From: Chlorokybus atmophyticus | Taxonomy: Eukaryota > Plantae > Mesostigma and Chlorokybus algae | Assembly (NCBI GenBank): GCA_009103225.1 | Contig: RHPI01002090.1 | Span: forward strand, 509,863 to 573,862 | DNA length: 64,000 nucleotides | Direction of reading: 5' to 3' | Part shown: positions 33,041-55,866 of the stretch, in pieces | Numbering within the stretch: position 1 is the first letter of the stretch | How the letters are laid out: the number at the start of each line of letters is the position of its first letter | Notes under the pieces: model-generated | Databases searched by the model: none | What the model saw: only the letters and a program-made list of their open reading frames with translations | What the model was told of the DNA's origin: nothing | Translations under genes and position numbers: made by a program

Positions 33041-35290
33041 GCTTGAGTAAACGTGTGCTGATTGGTTTGGATGTGATTGCCATACCCTACGCATGCGTGC
33101 GTGCATGCGTGCGTGCGCGTTGGTTGGAGCTGTGTGGGCCCGTGGGCGAGAGCGCGTGTGAGTGGCGTCTATATCAGCGTGCAAGCTGACACAACAGTGT
33201 GGAACTGTAACGGTGTGGAACGTAAGGATTGCACTGCAGACCATGTACATAGGCAAGTCTCATGGACTGACTGATTGACCGATAAACCCGTGCCCACCCA
33301 CAACAAGGCAATGCGTACATGTGTACTACAGAAGTGGTAAGGGGAAGGGGGGAGTTCGTGCAAAGTCCATTATGCACATAACCCATTGGGTTAATTTCTT
33401 TGCTGTCTTCCACAAAGAACACGTACATGTGTGTAATAGTTGAGGTTGAGTTGTGTTTGCTGGTGGTCATGACGAATGTATGAACTGCTGTTGGTCTATG
33501 TATCAAATTTCCTCATCTACTCGATCTGCTGACCTTTGTGATTAGTCGACTCTACACATAGCAAGAACATCGAGACAATCTCTCCTTATTTGCCCTTTAG
33601 CGCTATAACGTCACCGGCGCCATGTATGAATCATGTCACAAAGTTTGGTGTGCACCCAACATAATTAAATGCATGCTTGATTTGGTTGGTAATTACCAAC
33701 ATAAGGCACAACCAAAGTTGGAAATACACGCAATTGCAGCAGACTATTACTTGTACATCTTACCACACCGTACACACGCGTATGCAGCGCACACAAATTC
33801 ACAAGCCTAGCAATACACATGCGGTTGCAAAGACCATCCATACACGTGTACATGTACGGTTGCGCATAGTGACGGCGCTACGGGGCTGTCAGATTGAAAT
33901 TGTGATATTGTGTGTGCTTGCACATGTATTGATGATTATCCTATATACCCTAGCACTTTCTGACGGCCTTATATGATAGTGGTTCTTGACTACATATACA
34001 CCACAAGTATTCTGACTGCTATCACTCATGACCAACACGGCTAGCATGACCAACATGCATGTTCCAACGGTCATGTTGCAGTCATTTTTGAGATGCAGGC
34101 GTTGTGCCGAAACCATAAGAGTGCACCAGCTGCAGTGGACAGCTTCCCGCATGGCAACTGTCTCACTGTGGCGTTGCTTGCTTAGGTGCGGACTTTGAGT
34201 GTGGTGGTGGGCAGTGAGCTACTTCAATATATACATACTTCAAGCTGGCCCACCAGTGGTGATCTTGGTCAATGTCTGTTGTGTGTAGGGGGTTGGGCCA
34301 AATCGTGTTGCAGTGACTCGTTGATGTATGCTTGCTGATTTGTGACGGTTGAATGAAAGCAAGCACTGTGTGAAGTGGCCATTGCGATATGATGTTATAT
34401 ACACACTCGCTGGCTCTCACGACGCCATCTGCGAGAACGCCGCATCTCCGTGGTAGGATGTAAGGGCACGATGCCTAGCCCAACACTGGTGTCACTGCAT
34501 ATCATATCATGACTGCCATTACCTGCGCTCTTTTATAACGATTAAGTTTTATTATATAGGAAGTATGAGTACGCACTTGTTGTATGGCAACCACTCATTG
34601 TCATTATATGCGCGAACTCTTCTAGCCGCCAATGCTCCGCCCCTTGCTCCAGGTTGCGCGCAAAGGCGCAGCACATGCTGAAAGTCCTTGCCAGCCATGC
34701 GTTTCCATTGCAACAACTGAAAAGTTGCACATACTGAGCACTCACACGTGACCACGCACATAAACTCCCACCAAACAAACCAACAAACCAGCCACACACT
34801 ACTGCGTGGATGTGCATAGCTCTTTCCTACATTGGACATTGGAGGCAGAAGTGCTCTCCTGTTTGCACACAATCTCATCGGTAATACTCAATTGGAGAGG
34901 CCAACTCAGATAAATGAACAACGATGTGCACCATGACAGCCAAATCAACATCTGCTGTCTGCATTGTGGAGCCACCCTAGCAGACAGCAGAATGTGGATT
35001 TGACATGACACCGTAGCACTGCTCAGAAGAAACCAGTGACGATCGATTGCTAACCTGGAAGAAACATGAGGCCAATAAACTGGTATACAAGGCCAACATT
35101 TGTCTAGTTTCAAACTTACTCAGCTGGCGCGGTCTATCTACAAGCAATGTACAAGGTGTTAACCTGCGGTGATGCAGGGTGCAACAACCCTGCAATTGGC
35201 GTACAACCAGCATTTAGCGGGCTGAATACTTCAGCGACCAAGCCACCCAAGAAGAACGCCACTCAATGCTCTACAGGTTGGTAGCAGTAG

Positions 35291-38200
35291 TTACAGAGCT
35301 GCTGCTGTTGCAGGTGTGTACTCTCCGTCAATGTCTTGTTCAGGTTTACGATCACTCAAATCGACAGCAGTGTTTGGATTGAAACCGTGCGCCAGCTTGC
35401 TTTGCTGCATGTGTAAGGCAAGTCAGAAGCACCATGGCGGATTATACTTCAAATGATGCTTGAAGTAAAGCAAGCTGTATTAAGATACTATACATATAAC
35501 ACCAGATCTATCGACTAACACAACCTCAACTGGTCATGAGTCATGACACCGCAGTCGCAAAAAGATGCAGGCTGTTAGATCAGTATTTGTGCAGGGCTCA
35601 TACAAGCTTCACACAACCTTGTACCTTGTTTGTCAGGTAGTTGTCAAGTGCATTTTTGCCACGCAGAACGACAGCTCCACCCACCAGCGTCTCTCTGTTT
35701 GGAGTACCCACATGATCCTCATCAAGAAGCACAGCATCAATCTCTTCAGGGTCCATGTCTGGCACCTGCCCCGTAAAATTCACCATTGTCAGCAATATTT
35801 TACTAAGCCAACAGCCCTAGCAGACGATAGGTACAATAACAATGACCATAATGCCAGCATGCGCCGCCATTGGACACGCTCTGTACAGGCTGTATCTTGT
35901 ATAAACCAATAATGAAAATGGTGCAACCAAGCGTCTGGAACCTCAGCACACTTGCCTGGAACATGGCCTCGGTCAGCAGCTTCTCCATGATGGCACGTAG
36001 CCCCCTCGCCCCAGTGTTCTTGGCCATCGCTTTGCAAGCGATGGCTTTAAGCCCTTCAGGGGTGACATGAAACTCCACCTGCAATTTAAAGTCAACGATG
36101 TGCGCGCATGCAGCGCAGAGATATAAGCGCAACATCTCAAAACAACGTCCCAAAGATAACTCACATTGTTCATGGCAAACTGGCGTTTGTATTGCCGAAC
36201 CAATGAGTTTTTGGGCTCCGTCAGTACCTGCCAGATTGAAGCAGTTTATGAAACTTTTCTCAGCCTGTTGGCAATATGCTCTTGGCGCAGGCACATGCAC
36301 TCACCTGCACAAGTTGTTCCTCATTCAGTGCCGCCAATGGCACTAAAACGGGGAAACGACCAACAAATTCAGGGATCAATCCGTACGCTATCAAATCGCT
36401 GCTTTCAACCTGCAGCACCACCACTAGTTCAACGGGAGAAACACCTGCAGCCACTGACTTTTTGAGCGAAAACAACACTCATGGACTCCACCCAATTTCC
36501 ATATCATGACCACAGGTTGCAATACAGATGTTGGCTGGCAAATTTACTTACACTCTGAAGAATAACAGAGGAAGACTGCGGACTGCTGTGTCCTTTACGC
36601 GCTCGTATTGGGGCCCCAAAGCCGATAGAAGCCTGGGAGCGTCTGCGAAAGCTGTGTCAGAACGAGCACAAACCCTCCTGCTAGTGCGAGCAAAGCAATA
36701 TGCACAAGCTGACCTCTCAACAATGGTTTTGTCGAGATCTACAAAGGCACCACCACATATAAACAAGATGTTTGTAGTGTCCATTGACACAAATTCGCTG
36801 CGAGGGTTCTTTCGTCCAGCCGTTGGAGGCACGTTGACAACCTGCCAGCCACGTTCATGTCAGCTACGAGGTTGAAATTGAACTTTGCTTACCTGCACCT
36901 AGAGCACTTACAGTGCCTTCCAGCATTTTCAGCAACGCCTGTTGTACACCTTCTCCTGACACATCCCGAGTAATGCTCACATTCTCAGACTGCAAGCACA
37001 AGAAGTGTCATAGACGCTCACACTGTAAGAACAGGTTAGCCAAGTGCTCAAGTGCGGTAGTTGTTCCAATAGATGACACATGATGCACCCTTATGACAAA
37101 CACCAAGCAGCAGCAAACATTGTGACAAACTCAGGTTGGTGGTAGGCTGCAGCAAGCGGACACACAACGTTGGAACAGTACCTTCTTGGTAATTTTGTCA
37201 ATCTCATCGATATATACAATGCCACGCTCTGCCAGCTCCATGTTTGTGCCTGCATTCTGCAGGGTAGTTTTGTCAGCTGTAAAGCACAGGTTGTGTGCTG
37301 ATCAACAAATTCGACACGCAAGTCACTGCATAGCTAACAAAGAAGCTGGAAGGCATAAACATATCTATCACTCCAGCTGTGGTTGGAGGTTGCTGTCCCA
37401 ACCACTGACCAGTGAATGTAACACCGTATTGTGCAGGTGTACAGCGACAGTGGCCATGTGCATGCAAACATATGATGCTGTCAACCAACCCTTCAAGGCT
37501 TGCACACCGACACAATAATCCAGCAACTGCGGTTCATTGTGTAGGTGTTGCTGGATGTAGCGGAACTTCAGTCGACACAAGATGCAAGTAGCGTACCTGC
37601 CACAGCTTATACAAGATGGACTCCACGTCCTCGCCCACATAACCAGCCTGTTGAAATTGGCAACAAAATCACCAAATGGTAAGCTTACTGAACTAATTGA
37701 TTCACTGATGTTGGTCCTCAACACCCTACCTGTGTTAGCGTGGTGGCATCTGCAGTAACAAAGGGGACCTTGACGAACTTAGCAAGCGTCTTCGCCAGCA
37801 AAGTCTTGCCTAAAAAGCTTGTCAGCCGCCAAGGTTGCAGAAAGCTTGTGTGCACAGTGCCTTGATTGCTCGCCCAGCAGCATACATACCTGAGCCAGTC
37901 GGGCCCATCAAAAGAACATTGCTTTTCTCCAATTCCACATCATCATCTGAGTCATGGTCTGTATCTCCGGCTGTACCACAGCCCATATGTGCGGATCGAG
38001 CCAGAGTCTCACTGGTAAACTTGTTGTCTGCTCCAGCACTGTCACTGCCTGCGTGCAAGCATTGGCCACGAGTGCCATCACGGGAATCAGCGTCCACTCC
38101 AGTGGTGGCCGCTGCCTCCCAGCCAGCAGCTGCAGCTCGTGCCTTGCGTGCGTTGAGACTGCTTTGGGCTTGAGTAGGCAGCGGCCCCGGGCCAAATGCA

Positions 38201-39644
38201 TCAGTTAACATACTTCCTGCAAGGAGCGGCCACATACACAAGACGAACAGCAAATACTGAGCAGCATGCACACAGCTGGGCATGTTATTGAATAGCACTT
38301 GCCTGCACCGCTTGCAGCAGTGGCAGTGGCAGTTGCAGACTGCTGTCTCTTGCTCTGAAGACTCACCCTTTTGTAATGATTGTAAACAGCAACAGACAGC
38401 ACCTGTAATGTGCACACACTGCATTTAAGTACAGCCAGATTAAACCTAGATCCTCCCCAGGATACATGGCGTTGTTAGTTGTCTAACTTGTAACAAGAGC
38501 CTCTGTACCAAATGTGCACCCACATCTGCAGCTTTTGTGGAAGGAATTTGGCTATATATCAACTTGACCCTAAATTGACTTGAATTGTTTCTGGTTTTTG
38601 AAGAACACTGTGATTACCAACCTTCCCGGCCAAGTTGGCCAGAACACCAGTAATACTGCTATGGACAACAGACGCGGGGTTGCCTATCGTACCTTCTTGG
38701 CTTCTTCTTGACCAACAACAAACTTGTCAAGATGTCTGCAGATCTCTGAAGGAGTTGGGAAGTTGAACTCCCCAAAGCCGCGAGAGGCGCCATCAGAGCC
38801 GCCACTGAATGACCCTCCCAGTGTTGACGCAACAGTCACACCTTGGGGTATGGACTCTACTGTGCGCTGCACAAGGATTATGAGTCAACAAAGTCCTCAT
38901 GCTTACCGCAATGCAGCCACCAGGGTGATGTGCACAATACTGCAGCAATAGATCTGGCTGCACAAAGCTGAACAAGCATGAACAACCTGCTGTACTGGCT
39001 GAGGAGGACTTGGTGGTGGTGTGTGCGGTGAGGTTATTGCAGGGCGATTGCGAACAGAGGCCCAGGAGTGACCTTGCGAGCTGTCGTGCAACCTTGTCCT
39101 CGGGGAGCTGCCCAGGACCGGAGCGCCTAATGAAGGAAGCTGCTCCACCCCATGACGGGAAGCGGTTGCATGCTCTGCATGCCTGCCAACTCGACAGGAA
39201 GGGCAGTATAAAAGCTGCGGTGCGATCGGTACATCACCATTGGGGAATGCGGGTGCACCAGATGCCTGTAATGGAGTCTGCACACGAACAGAGTAAGCTG
39301 ACGCCTACGCATAAGCAGCGATTGCCAACTTGCAAGGTGTAACTGCCATGCGAAATACTGCAACACGCCTGCATGTCAAGGACAATCAGGCAGTTGTTGC
39401 TTACTTGGCATTGCGGGCAGAGCCCACTGCCGCCTCCTACGCCGCCTCCCCTAGCTGTGACCCCGGTGAGTGTCCTGAATGCCCCGCCCTGTCGCTGCCG
39501 TAAAACTCGCTGGCTGACAGGCCAGGGATCTGAGCTCAAGCCTTCAGCGCAAAGCCCAGTTGCACGCCAACAAGTGCGTGCGGTGATTGTCGTTGTTACC
39601 AGGCCCAACTTGACCAGCCGCAACACTCCGCCGCGGCCAATCAT
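35291..39644 (-). CDS. CLPX: ATP-dependent Clp protease ATP-binding subunit ClpX (mitochondrial type, multi-exon)
   Basis: Exons [57 protein letters not shown] (Walker A), [60 protein letters not shown]-terminal CPQC…YCPSC zinc motif. Confidence 0.95.
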
Positions 39645-40096
39645 GGCCGCGGCGGCCGCCGCTCTGACCTCAGCCGCTAGCTAGACGCAATCCCTGCAAA
39701 TGCCTTCTGAACGGCACAGCAAGCTTGCGAAAGCCTGTAAGCTTGCACACACCACGCGCAGCAGCGACCAGGACAATGCCAGCTGTTAGAAGCTAAGCAA
39801 GACCCTAAACTCTCAAGCTGGCAAAGCGGGCCAGCAACCAAGCCTGAGCGGAGCCCACTGAGCCGCCTTGTAGTTGAGACGTGCAACCCCACGCTCGTGA
39901 TAGCCTTAAATGAACTGCAGAACCGCAAGAGCGGCACCTTCTCCAGCGAAGTCACCACGACCGCAGCCGACAACGACAACGACGCCAACAGTACCCACGG
40001 TAACGCCCTTGTCGCTCTCAAGCAGCAAGCTTACGCCATTCTGCTTGACGGAGTTCGCATGCTCTGCGCGGCGAGAGCAGAGTTAAAGGCCAGGTC

Positions 40097-40288
40097 AAAC
40101 CCTAACCAGGAAACTGAACGGTGATCGGTCGGTGGACTGCAGTGAGAACAGTCATTTGGTTATCCGCCGACGCTGACTCGGATGCATTCGCAGCTCCGCG
40201 GATCACAATTGAAGGTCAGTGACGACTCGTCATAAGACTGCACAAGCTGTGCGGCTTATGCACAAGCAGTGCGAATTGCAAACCCTAG
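40097..40288 (+). promoter_or_regulatory. Telo-box motifs (AAACCCTAA 40097-40105; AAACCCTAG 40280-40288) in the CLPX/VIR divergent intergenic region
   Basis: Exact plant telo-box cores just upstream of the VIR start codon. Confidence 0.45.
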
Positions 40289-40364
40289 CCCTGAGCCTGA
40301 GGGCGTACATGTGCGTCAGACGGGTTGGCCATTGGCGGCATGCCGCTGCGGCGGTGGAGGTGCG

Positions 40365-50247
<9,883 letters not shown>

Positions 50248-51129
50248 CACTACGAACTGCTGAAGATGTTGTGGTATTGGAAAAGGCGGTTATAGCAGCA
50301 TGTGGCTCTGCGATCCACAGGTAAGGGATTCCCTCAGTATGCTCGCTGTTCAGTCGTGCACGTATGCAGGCTTATGAACAGCGGGCTATCGTTGTTTGCA
50401 GCAACTTCAAAGCATTCCTTTGTGCGTATTGTGCGTATTGGTTTGCAGTTGCTTGGCGACAAACAACTACTTGCATTCTGCATCAGAAATTTCTGCTGCA
50501 AATAATTTGCACTGCAGACAACTATTTGCAGAAATTTGCGCGATGGAGTTGTAATCTCAGTTTTCAACAGTGCAACCCAGAGCTTTGTGTACAGGTAGCC
50601 ACATGTTATGGGCAGCACACAGCAAAGGCTGTATGATGCTGTATGGCAATTTAGCTGCTGAGCTGAGTAAGAGTTGGTATGTTCAGGGTGCGGCAACACA
50701 TGCTTAGCATGCAGTTAGCTAGTGGTTGGTTTGATGAGACGCCCTTCAAGAGTGTGACAGCAAACTAGGCATCAAACGCTAGCAAATGTGTGGAGGTGAT
50801 TGGATACAATCTTCACCACAATTGGGTATTATCATTTGTGGGTGAATGCATGCGAATAACCAGCAATTTGCAGCAATAGCAGAAGTTGTGCTTTACATCA
50901 AACCTGAGCAGATGCGCTCAGATACACAGTTATATAAGTGGTGGAGGGCAAATAGTTTGAGCAAGTATGATGTGTATACAGTGCACACAGTATGTGCATG
51001 ATGCAAATACGTACAATGCCATGTAAACATGACAGTTGTATGTCACTTATCAATGACGAAAAAATTTCCAATGTTCACAATTAGTTGTAATTCAATTGTT
51101 TGCAATAGTAAATGTTTGCAAATTTGTGT

Positions 51130-51335
51130 CAATGATTGCTTACCAAGCTATATGTTCAAATAATTGCAGATTACAAATAGGATGTATGTGCTTGACTTTG
51201 TGTGATTATTACTTTCCCAGCAATACGTTCAAATAATTTCAGTATACCAGGTTTGGTATTTACAATTAGGAGGTATGTGCTGGACGCTGTAGTGATTATT
51301 GTTTGCCAAGCAATATGTTCAAATAATTTCAGCAC
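51130..51335. repeat. Degenerate AT-rich tandem repeat (about 3 units of 74-89 bp)
   Basis: CAAGCAATATGTTCAAATAATT-like core at about 51144, 51218 and 51307. Confidence 0.6.
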
Positions 51336-51752
51336 ACAAGTTTTGGCAATTAACTGTTATTGCTGGTAGTAGTCTGGACGACACAAATACAGTTGGCTGA
51401 TAATGCCGATTTGCTGGCATGTTGGGAAGTACCATTGCTGCACATAATCAACCAACACTTCAGTACAATCTTCAAAAGATGGTATGCTAAGCCTAGCATG
51501 CTCAATTTTAGGTTTAGGTTTCACTCAAGCAAGCAATGTGCAAATTACAGAATGGGCCATATAGCAACTATATTACTCCTCGGCAAGGTACCGAGTTTTG
51601 TGGTAGATATACACACTGCCATATTGCAGTGAAACACACGCAGGAGCTTAGCTACAGTGCAAGCTAGCATGTTCTAATAACGGGTGCGGGCAGGGAAAAA
51701 GGGATCTGACGCTGTCCAATGTTACGTAATACTCTCTGGCTGGCCGTGCGAT

Positions 51753-52541
<789 letters not shown>

Positions 52542-54154
52542 TGCCACCAAATGCCACACACCCTTACTTTCACGCACTGCGCCTATGCACTCCTCTCACG
52601 CAGGCTTTTGCGTCAATGTTCACTGTCGTTCCAAAATCACAGACACCACGCTAAGCCCGCACACTTTAGCCACCACTACACTCGTAACGACGCCGTCAAT
52701 GTCGCCGCCTGCGCTGCTGCCACTACATTCTCGCAGCTATCGGCTGGTTGCGTTTATGTACTTTGCGGTTACAGATGCTTCGCAGTTAAAGCCGCTGGCC
52801 CAAGTACTAACCAAACCCAGTCACGACGGCCGTTTGTGGAGCCCTGCTGCTTCCGCCTGGCGATGTTTTGGTCAAGACAGCGGTTGGCAACTGTACCACG
52901 GACCGCACGACCTTTTCTCGGTCATCCCGCTAACCGCTCTTTGCATGGGCCGGTCTGCAGCTGTGGACAAAGCGTGGTCACACAGCAGTCGTCGATCGTA
53001 AGCTCGTCATGTAAGGACCGACGGTCTGCTCGCGGTCGTACAGACGTCCAGCGCGCTAAAGCCCTCCAGTGCGAGAAACAGATATGATACGGCTGTGCTG
53101 GAGGGCCAACGAGAGCCACATGTGCGACAAAGTGGCATGACACCGTGGCAGGGCAACCGTCTTCTCCTCCTCCCCAGCCTGGCCGGCCAGCGTGGAATTC
53201 TGGTAGGCCTACAGGAATGCAGTGGTTTCGGTGTTGTCATGCTGAGTTTTTACGGGCCGTCTAGAAGCAACGTCTTACAAACAGCAAGGGTTCCAGAAAC
53301 GGTGTCATTGAACAGTGTTTAACAGTGGAAACTTTGCCACTAAGACATAATATGGTAACACTGTTCTGTACCTTGCTATCGTCAACCTCAACTAGACAAT
53401 TCTGCCTATGAAATGCCATGTGCTAGTAATCAGACAAAAACAGTCTTAACATCTGTTATATGACACTATTTTATATATTGCAATGGTAGTGTGCTGCAAT
53501 GTCATATATATCTAAATTACTTATAGATAATGAGTTCCATAATATCAGACATAATACCTTTTGGTGCGTCAAGGCTCCTTAACCGGGAGCACATAAGCGT
53601 AAGCAAAGTGTGTACGTAGAGATAATAATCATAGCTGCAATATATTATACGATATGTGGCATGCCTGCATATAAGATGCCTCCTGCCAATCTCCTGCAAA
53701 AGGTAGCGAGTTTTGCTACCATAGCCTAGTGGTTATAAAACCTGTGTTACATCAAGCATCACCTTAAGCAAAAGGCGTCAAAAATTACCATTAATTGTTT
53801 TGCAAAGCTATGGCTTCAGAGTCTTAATACTCGAGTTCGAGCTCGAGCTTGAGCTGTGCAGTAGTGCATGCGATCTGATGTGGTTCACGTGCTTGTTGCA
53901 CAATATGTTGATGTTACCAGCACCATTGCACAATATACTGACATCATGTCTGTAAGAGGGGGTGTGCTACCGCCCCCTTTAATTTCCTACCCCAACACCA
54001 CCACCAGCCACGCCGTCGGCCCACACCGCCGCCGCCGCTGCCGGGGCAGCTGCCAGAGTAAAAGATGCTCTGGCTATGGCGGCCGCTGCGCTAGCAGCGC
54101 CGCCATGCGGCTGATATCGATGTGAGACATGAGTCTCACATCGATGTCAGTGTT

Positions 54155-55443
54155 TGTTACGCCGCGCGGAGGGGAAATCACACCAAGAACTATGCACAGT
54201 GATCACACACTTTTACATGTAGTGATTGTACACTTCCTTAATCAACTTTCATTGTATGAACAATTACTTGGTAACTTAAGGGTTATGGTCACCTAGCCTA
54301 GGTACCCCTAACTTAGCCCCAAAAGCCCGGAGCTCAAGTCGTACGGCGGCTACCCTCCACTCGCGACTGGCTCCTTTTTTATGGCGAAATTCATCGCCTT
54401 GAGCTTTACTAGAAACTATCTTGGCTAAGACCTACTTGGTCCAAAGCCCTCTACCAGATCCCCATTCACTCACCCAAGTAATTAGTTCAGTTCACTTGGC
54501 ATTAGTTTTCACTGGCATTCTGCAAAATGACCAATAATGCGAATCCGCGATTTTTGAGCTTGCGGCCATGGCAGACGGCGCTGCCATGCGCTGCGTATTG
54601 GCACACGCGGGAGGGAGCCAATGCCTTAGCCGATTTTCTGTCGCGACGTCGCGTCGCGAAGTGATCTATTAGTTGATTCACCAGTGAATCAACTTTAGTT
54701 CACTACCTTGTCGGTATTATGAATCACTCTACTAGTGAACTAATTTAGTTCACCAATGATTCACTTTTGGCTCTCTCTTCTATTAGGGTGATTCACTTAG
54801 TTCACTTACGAACCCCTAGTGAACTAATCCAGTTCATGTTCGTAACTAAATCAATGAACTAATTTAGTTCACTTACGAACCCCTAGTGAACTACTTTAGT
54901 TCATGTTCGTAACTGAACTACTGAACTAATCTAGTTCACTATGTTGATTCACTTCGCCGGTGAATCAACCCCTTTGCAAACTCATTTCGCGAAGTCCTTT
55001 TTGTTCACCCTAGGTAGGCTACTTCGCTCTAGTCAACTGATCCAAATAAGCCGCCTTGGATTGGCCTAAATGAACCTTATAATTACACATGCTTTTTCCT
55101 ATGATGTTTCACGCGATTGGCCCCATAAGCCCACATCACGTTAATAAATCATTATATTAAAGCCATGTGTTTTTATTTTCCTATTTAAGACGCCCATACA
55201 TTCATGAATAGGGTAATTCCTAGTCAACCACTTCTGATTAGATGCATGTAAATGCTCTAACTAGCCAGGCCTATAATTAGCGATGCATTGCACTCGTGTT
55301 AAAGCTCAAACACAAACACACGCATTCAAAGCTTGTACAACAAACCAAGATAATCCAACCAAGGTTTATTAAACTTTTGTCTCTCGCTAATTATACTTAT
55401 ATATACACTGTACATGACCAGCTATAGTAGCTAGGCCGTAACA
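54155..55443 (-). repeat. 3' LTR of chromovirus 1
   Basis: TGTTAC…GTAACA ends, preceded by the PPT in element sense, matches 60677-61961. Confidence 0.96.
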
Positions 55444-55602
55444 ATGCCCCCCCTTTAGTTATTGAGCGTCTCTGCTCAATTTCTTTCTCCACGCTTTCCA
55501 ACCTAGGAAAACAAGCCATGATCAGTAACTTGATAGGTCAAAACGTGGAACTACTTCTAAAGGCGGAAAATATATATTTTCAGAAATGGACCTACCTGGA
55601 CT

Positions 55603-55866
55603 TCATCTTTGGGCAACCGTTAGCTCCCTCCAATATTTCTTTATCAGAAGCGGTGATCGCATGTTAGGTTCGTCAACCCATTCACATGCCTCGAACGGAT
55701 GGCCCTTCCATTTCACAAAGAAACTGGGAGATCTGCCTTTCCGGCCTTTGTGGGTTATTATACCCTCAACTTCATACTCCCTTCTATAAACATTGGGGGG
55801 GGGGGGGGGGGGCTGCACCGACCCATCCGAGTGATAGGTTCTCAATAGCGAGGCATGAAATACCAT
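55603..55866 (-). CDS. Chromodomain at the integrase C-terminus (frameshifted from the integrase)
   Basis: YEVEGIITHKG…FFVKWKGHPFEACEWVDEPNM…LIKKYW. Confidence 0.88.
   Translation of the reverse strand: MVFHASLLRTYHSDGSVQPPPPPPNVYRREYEVEGIITHKGRKGRSPSFFVKWKGHPFEACEWVDEPNMRSPLLIKKYWRELTVAQR

Noticed and set aside
31012-35113. Possible additional minus-strand gene exons around the PLE/LINE fragments
   Set aside because: Short protein-like segments exist (e.g. 31158-31361), but no consistent exon chain or domain could be supported.
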